From the NCBI GenBank assembly GCA_038142005.1, contig JAYQJE010000006.1, positions 50,945-114,944 on the forward strand: a stretch of DNA of 64,000 nt, written 5' to 3'. This document shows, piece by piece, positions 20,412 to 31,732 of the stretch. Position numbers and translations under genes: made by a program. The notes beneath the pieces were generated by a model. It worked only from the letters and a program-made list of their open reading frames with translations, ran no database searches and was not told where the DNA came from. The DNA comes from Salibacteraceae bacterium (GTDB lineage: Bacteria; Bacteroidota; Bacteroidia; Flavobacteriales_G; Salibacteraceae). The first letter of the stretch is position 1; each line of letters begins with the position of its first letter.

Positions 20412-21293
20412 TCATTTAAATCTTTGTAGCTTAGATAGTTTCCATAGATCAAACCAAAGCAAATTTGGAGCTGGACCTATTAAATTAAGCATGATTCTAG
20501 ACTCAAAAAAAGCGACTATGTATGACAGTATGCCAATTAGCCCAAAACGCCTTAGCAAGAGGTAGTATTTAGCAAGTCTAATGCTAGAATCAACTCGCCT
20601 TTGGTTGATAAGCATTTTAAGATTCTTGAGTCCATTTTCTGACTTTTGAATGAATCGATCAAATGTTTCCAACCCGACGTGCTCAATAGGATTATATACG
20701 TGTTTAATTGAAAATCCTGCGCGCTTAAGTTCTTGAGCAAATAAGGTGTCCTCATGTCCATATCCAACAAGCGTCTCATCCATCTTAATGCTATCATACA
20801 CTGTTTTGCGTATAAGGAAATTGTTGGTCATGAAGCTCTTATATGGGTTGAGCCTTCTGTTTTCTACTAAGATAGCTTCACGTATGCTTCCGCAATACCA
20901 ATGGAAATATAGATCATGATCATCAGGGGCCTCATCGTTATATACTCTACCCCCGTATATCACATCATAACTATTCCAATGCTTGGTGTAGTTTACTAGA
21001 TACGAATCTGAAATTGTAGCCCCATCACAGTCTAAAAACAGAAGGTTTTCGAATCTGGCTTTTTCTACGAGCCTATTACGGATGGCACTCCGGCCTAGGT
21101 TTTTGTCTGATTCCATCCATAAGACATTTTCGAAATTGCCGACTTCACGATTTAGCTCCAAAAAACTTAGCTCGCTCTTATCATCAAGACAGATGATTTC
21201 AACTTCAAACTCAAGTTCTATGGATTGATCAGAAAGGTTTTTGACGAATTGCCTAACATCATAATTGTAGATAGGAATTAGAATGCTCAGCAT
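20412..21293 (-). CDS. Family-2 glycosyltransferase
   Basis: 293 aa. MLSILIPIYNYD…, DD.S…, and DCD motifs typical of GT2. Confidence 0.85.
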   Translation of the reverse strand: MLSILIPIYNYDVRQFVKNLSDQSIELEFEVEIICLDDKSELSFLELNREVGNFENVLWMESDKNLGRSAIRNRLVEKARFENLLFLDCDGATISDSYLVNYTKHWNSYDVIYGGRVYNDEAPDDHDLYFHWYCGSIREAILVENRRLNPYKSFMTNNFLIRKTVYDSIKMDETLVGYGHEDTLFAQELKRAGFSIKHVYNPIEHVGLETFDRFIQKSENGLKNLKMLINQRRVDSSIRLAKYYLLLRRFGLIGILSYIVAFFESRIMLNLIGPAPNLLWFDLWKLSKLQRFK

Positions 21294-21298
21294 TGATG

Positions 21299-22090
21299 TT
21301 AGTCGCTGTTTTGTTCATCCAATGAGCCGAGCTTAGGGTCATTGTCATCCCCAACTGGTGCGTCATTCGTTTTTGTGCTGTGCCCAGCAGTTACATTCTG
21401 ATTTAGTCCACTGGCACCACTTATCTGAGAGTCAAGAACACGCCCACCTTTACATGTCAGTGTTCGATTACCATATTTACTCATATGCACGTAATCGTGG
21501 GTTGCCATTAAAACAGAACGACCCGATTGGCTGATATCATATAAAAGCTTGAGGATGTTATCTGAAGTTTCAGGGTCAAGGTTACCTGTTGGCTCATCGG
21601 CAAGAATTAATACCGGATCGTTTATCAATGATCTTGCTATAGCAACGCGTTGCTGCTCACCACCACTTAGTTCATGAGGCATTTTAAAACCCTTAGTGCT
21701 CAAATCGACCTTTTCCAATACCTCTGTAATCCTGGCCTTCATTTTGTTTTTATCCTTCCATCCAGTTGCCTTCATCACGAAAATCAAATTCTCGGCAACC
21801 GAGCGGTCACTCAACAATTGAAAGTCTTGAAATACAATTCCGAGGGTGCGTCTTAAAAATGGAATCTGCTTACGTTTCAATTTGCGCAGGTTGAATTCTC
21901 CAACCCTCCCCTCTCCTTCGGTCATCTCTAACTCACCATAGAGTGTTTTGAGCAGGCTGCTTTTACCAGTACCCGTTTTCCCGATGAGGTAAATAAACTC
22001 TCCCTTATTTATATCAAAGTTTACATCTTTCAGCACTAGATGCTTATCGATATAAATATTACAGTCTTTAATCGAAACGATTGATTCCAT
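21299..22090 (-). CDS. ftsE: Cell-division ABC ATPase FtsE-like, with ~45-aa polar C-terminal tail
   Basis: Walker A GKTGTGKSSLLK, signature LSGGEQQRVAIARSL, Walker B ILADEPTGNLD. No ftsX is adjacent. Confidence 0.85.
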   Translation of the reverse strand: MESIVSIKDCNIYIDKHLVLKDVNFDINKGEFIYLIGKTGTGKSSLLKTLYGELEMTEGEGRVGEFNLRKLKRKQIPFLRRTLGIVFQDFQLLSDRSVAENLIFVMKATGWKDKNKMKARITEVLEKVDLSTKGFKMPHELSGGEQQRVAIARSLINDPVLILADEPTGNLDPETSDNILKLLYDISQSGRSVLMATHDYVHMSKYGNRTLTCKGGRVLDSQISGASGLNQNVTAGHSTKTNDAPVGDDNDPKLGSLDEQNSD

Positions 22091-22199
22091 CTAACAAATT
22101 TAAGTCTGTAATTCTCCGAAATACGCATTGTGAATAATAGTTGCCGACATGCGTTTTGTGGAAAAGCGAAGAAGCGCCACAAGTCCGTTTATTTGCTGT

Positions 22200-22696
22200 A
22201 TGCAATTGGGTATAATCAGTGATACACACTCATTTATAGATGATCGAATTTTAAATCATCTCGCTGATTGCGACATGATTATTCATGCAGGTGATGTGGG
22301 AGATGAATCTGTTTTAGATAAGCTTGAGAGCTTGAATGAAACGGTTTGCGTTTACGGCAACATTGATGACCAAAGAATTCGCAAACGTTGCCCACTGTTC
22401 GAATTGGTAGAGGTTGATAAGCTGAGGGTGCTCGTTGTCCATATCGCTGGAGTGGGGGAAAATACAACTCGACAACCTCAAAATTGATAGCTAAACATAA
22501 CCCCGATGTATTGATCTGTGGACATTCTCATATCTTAAAAGTTTTCAATCCGAAATCATTTAATCATGTACACATCAATCCAGGAGCGGCCGGCCGACAT
22601 GGTTTTCACAAGACTCGAACCCTGATCAAAGTTGAAGTAATCGGTGGCAAGCTCTGTAATATGCGGGTGGTTGAACTTGGCGGCCGATCAACGTAA
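22200..22696 (+). CDS. YfcE-type metallophosphoesterase, one frameshift
   Basis: MQLGIISDTHS…IIHAGD… continues after a slip in a G5/A4 run (~22454-22462) into ORF 22484-22696 (…DVLICGHSHILKV…NPGAAG). Confidence 0.85.
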
Positions 22697-23143
22697 TCTG
22701 TCGGCAGACCTTACAAGATCTTCATCTTTCTTAATCGCTTTTGATGCCAGCCAAAGCAAGACGGTAGAAATTAACGGCATTACGACTCCCATGCCATATT
22801 GAATATCAAAATCGGCATTTGCCTCGTCAAGAATTTGTATTCCCTGATAGTGAGCCAGAGAAAACATGATGAGCACAAGAATTTGCTGAATCCAAATGAT
22901 TCGAATGAACTTCATCTGCTTGGGTCGATCTTTATACATAAATATTGATGCCAAAATCAGCGCAACACCTACAATAAGTGTCAGTGTTAAGGGAGTTGAT
23001 TGTGCCCCATCTACCGTGCCTTCTAGGTCTGTTAATTCGTAAATCATACCCTCAGAACTGTAAGTGACCCAGCTGATTAAAAGCCCTAAGCCTGAAAAGA
23101 GTGCAGCGAATAAGAGATAGAGTGATTGAATACGTTGAAGCAT
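22688..23143 (-). CDS. DUF4293 membrane protein
   Basis: 151 aa. N-terminus MLQRIQSLYLLFAALF is characteristic of DUF4293. Four TM helices. Confidence 0.75.
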   Translation of the reverse strand: MLQRIQSLYLLFAALFSGLGLLISWVTYSSEGMIYELTDLEGTVDGAQSTPLTLTLIVGVALILASIFMYKDRPKQMKFIRIIWIQQILVLIMFSLAHYQGIQILDEANADFDIQYGMGVVMPLISTVLLWLASKAIKKDEDLVRSADRLR

Positions 23144-23336
23144 GAGGCAAGACTTTTTTGTACAAAAATCAAAATCTTATTCATTTTTTGCCAAAAACCT
23201 GCTTATTATTGCATCCGAAGCGGTAAGCGATTTTCCTTTCATGCCTACTGCGAAACATCAATTTAATTATCGATCTCAAGTATTATTGATAACGACCTCT
23301 AGGTCATACTCCATGTAAGAGAATTTATACCATTAT

Positions 23337-24933
23337 ATGTACGACATTACTGAACTCAACGAAAAGAAGGTTGCTGAACTAAAAGAAATTGCAGACAAGC
23401 TCAACGTTCCTAAATCAGATAAACTAAAAAAACAGGATCTGATATACCAAATCCTTGATTTACAAGCGATGCAGCCAAGCAGCACCGCACCTAAGGGTGA
23501 CGAGGATAATGAAAAGTCGAGCGCTCCAGCTAAGCCACGTAAGCCAAGACAAGAGCGCACGCCAAGACCAGCGCAAAAAGACTCAACAAACAAACCGGCA
23601 CGAGAATCGAAGCCGAGCGCAGATAATTCAAATGCGAAGAAACCGGATGATAACGCTGAGAAACCGAAGGCGAATAACTCCAATGAGTCTAACGATAATC
23701 AGACTGATCGCAAGGACAACAGGAATGATAAAGGTGATAAAGATCGTAATGAGCGCAACGACCGAAATGATCGAAACCGCCAGAGAAAAGAAAAGGCTGA
23801 ATACAAATACAACTTTGATGAAATCGTAATGGCCGAAGGCTGTTTAGAGATTATGAAAGAAGGGTATGGATTTCTTCGTTCGGCTGATTACAGTTACCTT
23901 ACTTCACCTGACGATATCTACGTATCTCAATCTCAAATCAAACTATTCGGATTAAAAACGGGAGACACCATATTAGGAACCATACGACCTCCGAAAGAAG
24001 GTGAAAAGTACTACCCACTTCTGCGCATCGAGAAGATCAATGGTTTGCCATTTGCCGCAGTAAGAGATCGAGTTCCATTTGATTACCTGACACCGTTATT
24101 TGCCAATGAAAAGTTCAAGCTTACTGGACATTCAAAAGAAACGCATTCAACGCGGATCATCGACCTCTTCACTCCTATTGGAAAAGGTCAACGTGGATTG
24201 GTTGTAGCCCCAACCAAAAACTGGTAAAACGGAAATACTCAAGGAAATAGCCAATGCAATAGCACATAACCACCCTGAGGTTTATCTGATGATATTGCTC
24301 ATAGACGAGCGCCCTGAAGAGGTTACGGATATGGAGCGCAGTGTAAATGCTGAAGTAGTTGCTTCAACATTTGACGAACCAGCCGATCGACACGTGAAAG
24401 TGTCAAATATTGTTTTAGAAAAGGCGAAGCGGATGGTAGAGTGTGGCCATGATGTGGTGATTCTTCTGGACTCGATTACACGTCTGGCTCGAGCATACAA
24501 TACCACAGCTCCGGCATCGGGCAAAGTATTGACTGGCGGTGTGGATGCAAATGCATTACACAAGCCAAAGCGCTTCTTTGGGGCGGCACGTAACATTGAA
24601 AATGGTGGATCACTGACCATCATTGCTACAGCTCTTACAGAAACCGGATCGAAGATGGACGAAGTAATCTTCGAAGAATTTAAGGGAACTGGAAACATGG
24701 AACTTCAACTTGACAGAAAGTTGAGTAATAGAAGAGTATTCCCAGCAATAGACCTGGTTGCATCAAGCACACGAAGAGACGATATGCTTATGGAGAAAGA
24801 TGTTCTTCAACGTATGTGGATTCTGCGTAAGCACCTCACAGACATGAATACCATCGAAGCAATGGAATTCTTGAAGCAACAAATGAATCATACTAAAACC
24901 AATGAGGAGTTTTTGATTTCGATGAATGGTTAA
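23337..24933 (+). CDS. rho: Transcription termination factor Rho with long low-complexity N-terminal insertion, one frameshift
   Basis: ORFs 23337-24227 and 24289-24933 are two halves of one gene. Removing one A from the AAAAA at ~24216-24220 gives [49 protein letters not shown]. Confidence 0.95.
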
Positions 24934-24959
24934 GGCAACCGAAAAACACTAAAATTGAA

Positions 24960-24987
24960 GGTGGCAATACTATTGCCACCTTTTTTA
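24960..24987 (+). terminator. Rho-independent terminator after rho
   Basis: GGTGGCAATA-C-TATTGCCACC perfect 10-bp stem followed by TTTTTT. Confidence 0.85.
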
Positions 24988-24997
24988 TCCTATTCGA

Positions 24998-25485
24998 ATG
25001 AAGCAGTACCAAAATATCGCCATCATAGCCGCACTCACTGGTGTTATCGCCAAGATGACTTACTTCCTAACTCTTGCACCAAACGAGGCTTGGGATAATT
25101 ATGTGCGCCTGTTTTATCTACTCGCTTTTTTAATCGCGCTCTTTTTGGGCTTCGATCATTTAAGAAAAGGGCTACCCGTTCTGATTTCACCCATGATGTT
25201 AAAACAGGAATGAAAATCACTTCGATTTTTTCACTTATCATTTCGATATTCACGTGGGTTTACTACAAGTGGATTGACCCAGAATATTTTGCCAATAGAA
25301 TTTCAGAAGCTATGTCGCAGGCGCCCGAAGAATCGATTGAAGCTGTAGAAACGAACGTATCCTTTATTTTCAATGCTTTCACGCACAGCACCATCACCTT
25401 ATTTGGCATGATGGTGATTGGGTTTTTCTATACCCTAATCGTGGTGTTAATTATGCGTGCGAAGCCCGAAATATTCGTTGGGTGA
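24998..25485 (+). CDS. DUF4199 membrane protein, one frameshift
   Basis: ORFs 24998-25213 and 25210-25485 are joined by a slip at an A4/G3 run (~25165-25171). TM-rich. Confidence 0.7.
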
Positions 25486-26836
25486 AGCCAATAGACCTTT
25501 GGCAAACTCATCTACATTCATTCCTCCAAAATTTCCGGAGCTCATCAGTAACAAGTTGGTCTCACTAAAATCAAGGGATCTAAGCGCTTTTTGTAGCGCA
25601 TCAGTTTTTGTATAGATCTCTAAATCGTCTCTTCCAAAAAGCTTCCCTTACATCCGTAAGGTTGATTGGCTCAAGTTTTTTATGTGCTATGGTTTCTTCT
25701 TTATAAAATACAATGGCTTTATCTGCCTTTTGCATGGTATTCTTGTATTCCATCAAAAACTCCTTGGTAAGACTACTAAACGTGTGCAGTTCCATGCGCC
25801 ACTAGTTTTCGATTTGGCCATTGATCTTTCACAGCATTTACCGTTGCCAAAAGTTTTGAGGGGGAATGAGCAAAGTCCTTATAAATTACTGATTGCGTAT
25901 TTCGTGTGATTTCCTCTAGTCTACGGCTAGCGCCTTTGAAATCTTTTATCGAATCGAAAAAAATTGGGGTATCGATACCGAGTTGCTCGCAGATCAACCG
26001 TGCACCGTTAAGGTTTTGCAAGTTGTGCTCACCAAATACAGAAATTTCATAGCTCTTATCATCCATTACAATGGCCGTGTTGCCATTATATATGATGTAC
26101 TCTGGGGTGTCATAACCGTGCTTAGTTATTCCTGCACCATGGTTATTTATGATTTCATTTAAGGTATCATCTACTTTACAATAGACCAGCGTAGAATCTT
26201 CCGATAAGTCATCAACAAATTTGCTGAACTGATCTTTATAGTTTTCCCAAGTTGGAAAAACATTGATATGATCCCAGGCGATACCGGAAATTAACGCCAA
26301 TTGAGGATTATATAAATGGAACTTGGGCCTTCTATCAATTGGAGAACTTAGGTATTCATCTCCCTCCATTATTATGATAGGCGCATCAGATATTTTGACC
26401 ATGGTTTCAAAACCTTCCAGCTGAGCTCCAACCAAGTAGTCAAATTCAATTCCTTGTTTATTAAGGACGTGCAAAATCATAGAAGTGATCGTTGTTTTGC
26501 CATGGCTACCGGCAATAACTACGCGCTTTTTGTCTTTTGATTGCTCATAAATGAATTCGGGATAAGAGTAGACTTTTATCCCAACTTCCTGAGCTTTAAT
26601 AAGTTCCGGGTTGTCAATTCGTGCATGCATACCAAGAATAATTGCGTCCAAATCTTCAGTTATCCTGTCTGCATCCCAACCCATAGAATCTGGAAGTAAC
26701 CCTGCTTTTTGAGCCGACCTCTACTTGGTTCAAAGATTTCATCATCCGAACCAGTAATTGTATGTCCTAATTGGTGCAATGCAAGTGCAAGGTTGTGCAT
26801 GGCTGCACCGCCAATAGCTATGAAGTGGATTTTCAT
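25447..26836 (-). CDS. mpl: UDP-N-acetylmuramate:L-alanyl-gamma-D-glutamyl-meso-diaminopimelate ligase (Mpl), three frameshifts
   Basis: ATG 26836 gives MKIHFIAIGGAAMHNLALALHQLGHTITGSDDEIFEPSRGRLKK. The frame slips at T5 (26706-26710), into ORF 25776-26684 (…IAGSHGKTTITSM…). It slips again near 25797 and at A5 (25636-25640). The 3' end is uncertain and may overlap the DUF4199 gene. Confidence 0.85.
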
Positions 26837-26989
26837 AAATTCCTGATTATAGAGCGAAATACCGTGAAAACGGCTGATTCACATCGGTGTTCAATGAATT
26901 ATTGTGAACATTTTATTGTTATCGTCATTGAACTGTGCTTCAAAAAACTTGACTCATTTGGTACATTCGCGCCACCTAATTCACCAACC

Positions 26990-28061
26990 ATGGCAGGAGT
27001 TTTAAATGCTCAGGAGGCACTAGAATTATTTGAAAAATCTAAGAAGGCTAAATTAGCCTATCCCGCAGTAAACGTAGTCAGCACCCAATCGGTGAATGCT
27101 GTGCTCGAGGCGGCAGCCAAGGCCAATTCACCCGTGATTATTCAATTTAGCAATGGCGGTGCGCTTTACTATGCAGGTAAGTCGTTGGATAATACGAATG
27201 AAAAAGCAGCTATTGCAGGGGCAATGGCTGGAGCTAAGCACGTGCATGAAATGGCAAAATTGTATGGTGTAGATGTGATTTTACACACCGATCATAGTGC
27301 AAGAAAACTACTGCCTTGGATAGATGGACTTTTAGATGCAGGTGAGGCTCATTTTAAAGAAACAGGACGCCCGCTATACACAAGTCATATGATTGATTTG
27401 AGCGAAGAGCCCATTGAAGACAATCTTAAGACATGTGGAATACCATAAGCGCATGTCGAAAATTGACATGATCCTTGAAATTGAACTGGGAGTAACTGGA
27501 GGCGAAGAAGATGGTGTGGATAATACGGATATTGACAGTTCGAAGCTTTACACCCAGCCAGATGAAGTCGGCTACGCTTATAAGCTACTGAATGACGTTA
27601 GTCCAAACTTCACCATAGCTGCGGCCTTTGGTAATGTCCATGGAGTGTATAAGCCAGGCAATGTTCAATTAACTCCGGTCATTCTAAAGAACAGCCAAGA
27701 CTTTATCAAAAGGACCTTTAACATAGAGCGCGAAAACCCTGTAAACTTTGTCTTTCATGGGGGATCTGGCTCAACCCGTGAGGAGATTAGAGAAGGAATC
27801 GACTATGGCGTGATCAAGATGAACATCGACACGGATACACAGTGGGCATTTTGGGATGGAGTAAGGGCGTTTGAGGCGAGCAACCGAGATTATTTAAAAG
27901 CTCAGTTGGGGAATCCTGAAGGAGCTGACAAGCCGAACAAGAAGTATTATGACCCGAGAAAATGGCTCAGAGAAGGTGAGAAATCAATGGTTAGTCGTTT
28001 GATGAGTGCTTTTGAAGACTTAAATTCAATTGAGGCAAACAAACGGTTGAGTGAAGTCTAG
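26990..28061 (+). CDS. fbaA: Class II fructose-bisphosphate aldolase, one frameshift
   Basis: True start is ATG 26990 (MAGVLNAQEALELFEKSKK…AYPAVNVV). …HTDHS… continues after a slip near 27436 into …YHKRMSKIDMILEIELGVTGGEEDGVDN…. Confidence 0.93.
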
Positions 28062-28063
28062 TC

Positions 28064-30327
28064 TCATCCATCTGAATTCGCTATAACGGCTTGTACCATC
28101 CTTATTTTACCATAACTGTATTTCCCGTCAAGCATTGCATAGACTTTATTTACTCCGGCATCCGTTAAGTTAGCGAAGGTTCTTGCAATTTCTTTCGTAG
28201 CCTCCTTATCTAAGAATTTGGTGATATCTAGGTCGCCAGATCCTATGAGTCTAGCCACATGACCTTCTATTGTGCTTGTAGCCATACCGCGTTTTTCTGC
28301 AACTTGATCTATTGTGAATCCTTGATCAATCAGTGATTTAGTCACCGTATAAGTCTCTCCTTTTTTAGACTTGAGTTTTGGTGCTCCATCTTTCTTTTTC
28401 TTACGCCTACCCGACTTTAATTTGGTGAACTTTTCACTTTTAGAAAATTCATTTTCAATAGTCTTTATCAATTTTGCTCGAAACTGCTTTAATTCCTCCG
28501 CTACCGATTTGTTGGTGCCAATTCCCTCTCCATTAAGTATTGCTTCAAGCTTTAATTCAAGAGTGCGCAAATCGAGCATCTTTTTCACGATGAGGGCATC
28601 TAACTCATCAAGCTCGTTTAGATAAGTCTTCATACGCGAGAATTGTGAAACCTCCTCTATATGAGTGAGTAGTTTATGCAGGATATCATTGAAAATTTCA
28701 TTGTAATACCAACACCCTTTTCGAATGCGTTCTTGAAGTTTTGATGCGTTGTTTCCACGAAGAAGCCTAATTAACTGGCTTTGGAAGACCTGGGTGTTTT
28801 GTACTTGTGCCTCAAGCTTCTCCCGCATCAAATCCAAGGCCGTGCGCATCTCTTCATCCTCGAATTCCAAACTAGAGTCTTTTCCTTTGAAACGCCAAGA
28901 ATCTGACTAATAATGGGCTCAAAATGGAGGGTAGACACCACCAATTGTTCAGCATATTGCCGTTGCCCGTCCATCAGCTGTTGATCTAGCTGTGTTTGCG
29001 TGTTTTTTGTTTCACTGAACTGCACCACATTAACATCAGATGTTATTGCATCAGATGAAATCTTAGTGTATAGAATGAGTCCATCTAAACTGCGTAATCG
29101 TGATAGTGCTACATACACTTGTCCTGGAGCAAATGCTTGTCCAACGTCTATGATCGCTTTATCAAATGTTAAGCCTTGACTTTTATGCACGGTAATAGCC
29201 CAAGCCAGCTTGATGGGGTATTGCTTGAAATCACCCACAACTTCCTCTTCTAATTTTTTGCTGATTTCGTTCAGCTTATATTTTCGATTTTCCCAAGTTA
29301 CCATGCGTAAGGTGTACTCAACCCTATCGCCCTGCATCCTCACTTTAATTTTATCGCTTGACAGACTTGTAACCTCAGCTAACTTCCCATTGAAATAATC
29401 CTGATTTTGGGTGTCATTTTTTATAAACATCACTTGTGCGCCAACTTTCAGCGTAATTTCCTCAGAAACAGGGTACATTGACTCCGGGAAGTCTTTGTTT
29501 ACCTCAGCTTGATAGGTGAAGGTTTTGCCTTTCAATTTATTCAACTCCGTTTCATTAATTGCATCGGCTTTGCGGTTGTGCGTAGTGAGGTGTATTACAC
29601 CCTTAGCCTCTGCTCTGTCCTCTTTCGCTAAGTAATGGCTGTTAAGCACCTCAATATCTCGAGCTGCGACTTTATTGTTTCTTAGATTATTCAGTATTTC
29701 AATAAAGGTGTCATCTTGCTGTCTGAATATCTTATCCAATTCGATGTAAACAAATCCTGATTGTTTGAGCGCGATCGATTGGAAAAACCATGCATTGTCA
29801 TAATACTGGCCTAATTGTGTCCACCCTCTGTCACGCACAATGGGCGGTAGCTGAAAGAGGTCACCAATTAGTAAAAGCTGCACCCCGCCAAAAGGAACAT
29901 TGTAATTTCTACGGGCATGTTTTAGCCTGAAATCGATGGCATCGAGCACATCGGCACGAAGCATACTCACTTCATCAATAATTAGTAGGTCGATGTCTCT
30001 TAAGACTTGTTTTCTCGCCTTGTTGAGTGGATTTTTCCGCACAAGAGTATTGCGGGTGTAAAACGCCCCAGAAATTGAAAACTCACCCTCCACCATATCC
30101 GTTGGTATAAACGATCCCAGTGGCAATAAAAATTGTGAGTGTATGGTAACACCTTTGGCATTAAGTGCTGCGATACCCGTAGGAGCTACAATAAGATGTG
30201 ATTTATGGGTTTTCTGTGCTAGGTTTCTCAGAAAAGTTGTTTTACCTGTACCTGCTTTGCCGGTCAAAAAACGTGGCTCCGTGTATTATTTACAAAACGC
30301 GCAGCTGTACTGATGAGGTCTGTTGTT
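28064..30327 (-). CDS. PIF1/RecD-like superfamily-1 helicase with C-terminal helix-turn-helix domain, one frameshift; start codon unclear
   Basis: Walker A VFLTGKAGTGKTTFL, Walker B LLIIDEVSM, and …AITVHKSQGLTFD…YVALSR. A slip at ~28886-28888 joins ORF 28064-28870 (C-terminal HTH: ATSTIEGHVARLI). The frame is open up to a TAA at ~30328-30330 with no in-frame ATG before the P-loop. Confidence 0.85.
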
Positions 30328-30671
30328 TCGATGCTCGAAAGTTAACAGAAATGCCTTTTTAGATTGGGGTTTTGATGAAATTCTGACTCTTATAGCTTCA
30401 GGAGTAAAATGATTTAAGGAATATGGTTAGTTAATGGTTTGATAAGCCATGTCCATGTAGTAAGTGCGTAGAGTAACCTAGTTGTTCAAAAACATGATTG
30501 TCGCGCTTGTTTTTGTCCTAAAAACGGGCTTAATGTGAATTAGAACACCGATCTCATCCAATTGGTCAACAGTAAGAATTTTGCTAACCTTCATTCAAGT
30601 TATTAACAATTGCAACCCAGTAAACAGTGTGCTCGTACCACAGTAAAATTGATTGAAAAATTGCTCATTCT

Positions 30672-31046
30672 ATGCAACCTTTAAATAAACTCGGAGACCA
30701 ATTCAATCCATCGGTTTCTCTGGATTCGCAATCTGGGAAATTGGTGATTTCGGGTAAGTCAATTCCACTTGACGAGCAGGAGTTTTTGGGAGATATTATG
30801 ACCTGGTTGCAGCACTACATCAATCAACCTTCGGAAATCACAAGCTTAGAAATCAACCTCGAGTACCTAAACGGTAAATTAGTTCGAAGTCTCTTACGCA
30901 TATTGAGCTTATTAAAGCAGCTCAATGATAGCGGAGGGAAAGTAAATGTAGATTGGACTATACCTGAAGAGGCTGAGGACCTTCAAGAGCTCAGCCAAGA
31001 AGTTTTGACGGATATGCATATTCCTCATACCATTCGGTTAAACTAG
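30672..31046 (+). CDS. DUF1987 (SiaC-like) domain protein
   Basis: 124 aa. The pattern P.V.LD…G.L.ISG.S.P.D…F…I..WL..Y…P…T.L.I.LEY.N… is typical of DUF1987 as I recall it. Confidence 0.7.
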   Translation: MQPLNKLGDQFNPSVSLDSQSGKLVISGKSIPLDEQEFLGDIMTWLQHYINQPSEITSLEINLEYLNGKLVRSLLRILSLLKQLNDSGGKVNVDWTIPEEAEDLQELSQEVLTDMHIPHTIRLN

Positions 31047-31108
31047 CCAAATCTCAAGTAATTTCTCGGCCATTTCCCTACCTTGTTTCGGCTATGTATT
31101 TTCGCCTT

Positions 31109-31732
31109 ATGAAACAAACTATTGGCGCGGCCATTTCTCTGACAATAATCTTATTCATTGCCAGCGCATGTGGCAGTTCAGATTCAAATTCAAACAACAC
31201 TGATAATGCTGTGAAGTCAGGTGCTATGAATAGTGCCAATGGAGATAACCAAAGAAAAATCGCCTATGTGAATACCGATAGTTTGTTTGATCAGTATGAG
31301 CTGCGTGCTGAATTGGAAGAAGAGTTCATCGAGGAAAAACTGATGATGGAAAATCGTTTTAAGACCGAGGTAGACGCATTCGAGAAGGACTATAGAGATG
31401 CAGAGGCAGGAGCGGCACAACTAAGCCAGGAAGCCTTACAAATCTTGAGTATGAAATTGCAGCAGCGCGAGCAGGAGTTGATGGTTAAGAAACAAGAAAT
31501 GGAAGGTCAACTCATGCAAAGCGAACAAGCTAAAAACGACCGGCTGTTTGAAGGATTGAGAACATTCTTAGATGAATATGCAGCTCAAAATGGCTATGAT
31601 GTGATCTATGGATATAACGGGCTCGGAGATGTTCTTTACATGGATGCTAAATATGATATTACGACAGAAGTAGTCAAGGCGATAAATGATGAATATCAAA
31701 ACAGTAAGACTGCAGACTCGGCAAGTGAATAA
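31109..31732 (+). CDS. OmpH/Skp-family periplasmic chaperone lipoprotein
   Basis: MKQTIGAAISLTIILFIASAC lipobox, then KIAYVNTDSLFDQYE… and a coiled-coil Q/E-rich centre typical of OmpH. Confidence 0.8.
   Translation: MKQTIGAAISLTIILFIASACGSSDSNSNNTDNAVKSGAMNSANGDNQRKIAYVNTDSLFDQYELRAELEEEFIEEKLMMENRFKTEVDAFEKDYRDAEAGAAQLSQEALQILSMKLQQREQELMVKKQEMEGQLMQSEQAKNDRLFEGLRTFLDEYAAQNGYDVIYGYNGLGDVLYMDAKYDITTEVVKAINDEYQNSKTADSASE

Noticed and set aside
23333-24698. Minus-strand ORFs 23333-23683 and 24282-24698, plus the alternative-frame plus-strand ORF 23455-23829
   Set aside because: All overlap the unambiguous rho gene. Their low-complexity composition mirrors the rho insertion and the opposite-strand codon bias. 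They are shadow ORFs.
26771-26989. N-terminal 73-aa extension of the aldolase ORF in the track
   Set aside because: It overlaps the mpl start on the other strand and has no aldolase homology. The conserved FbaA N-terminus begins at ATG 26990.
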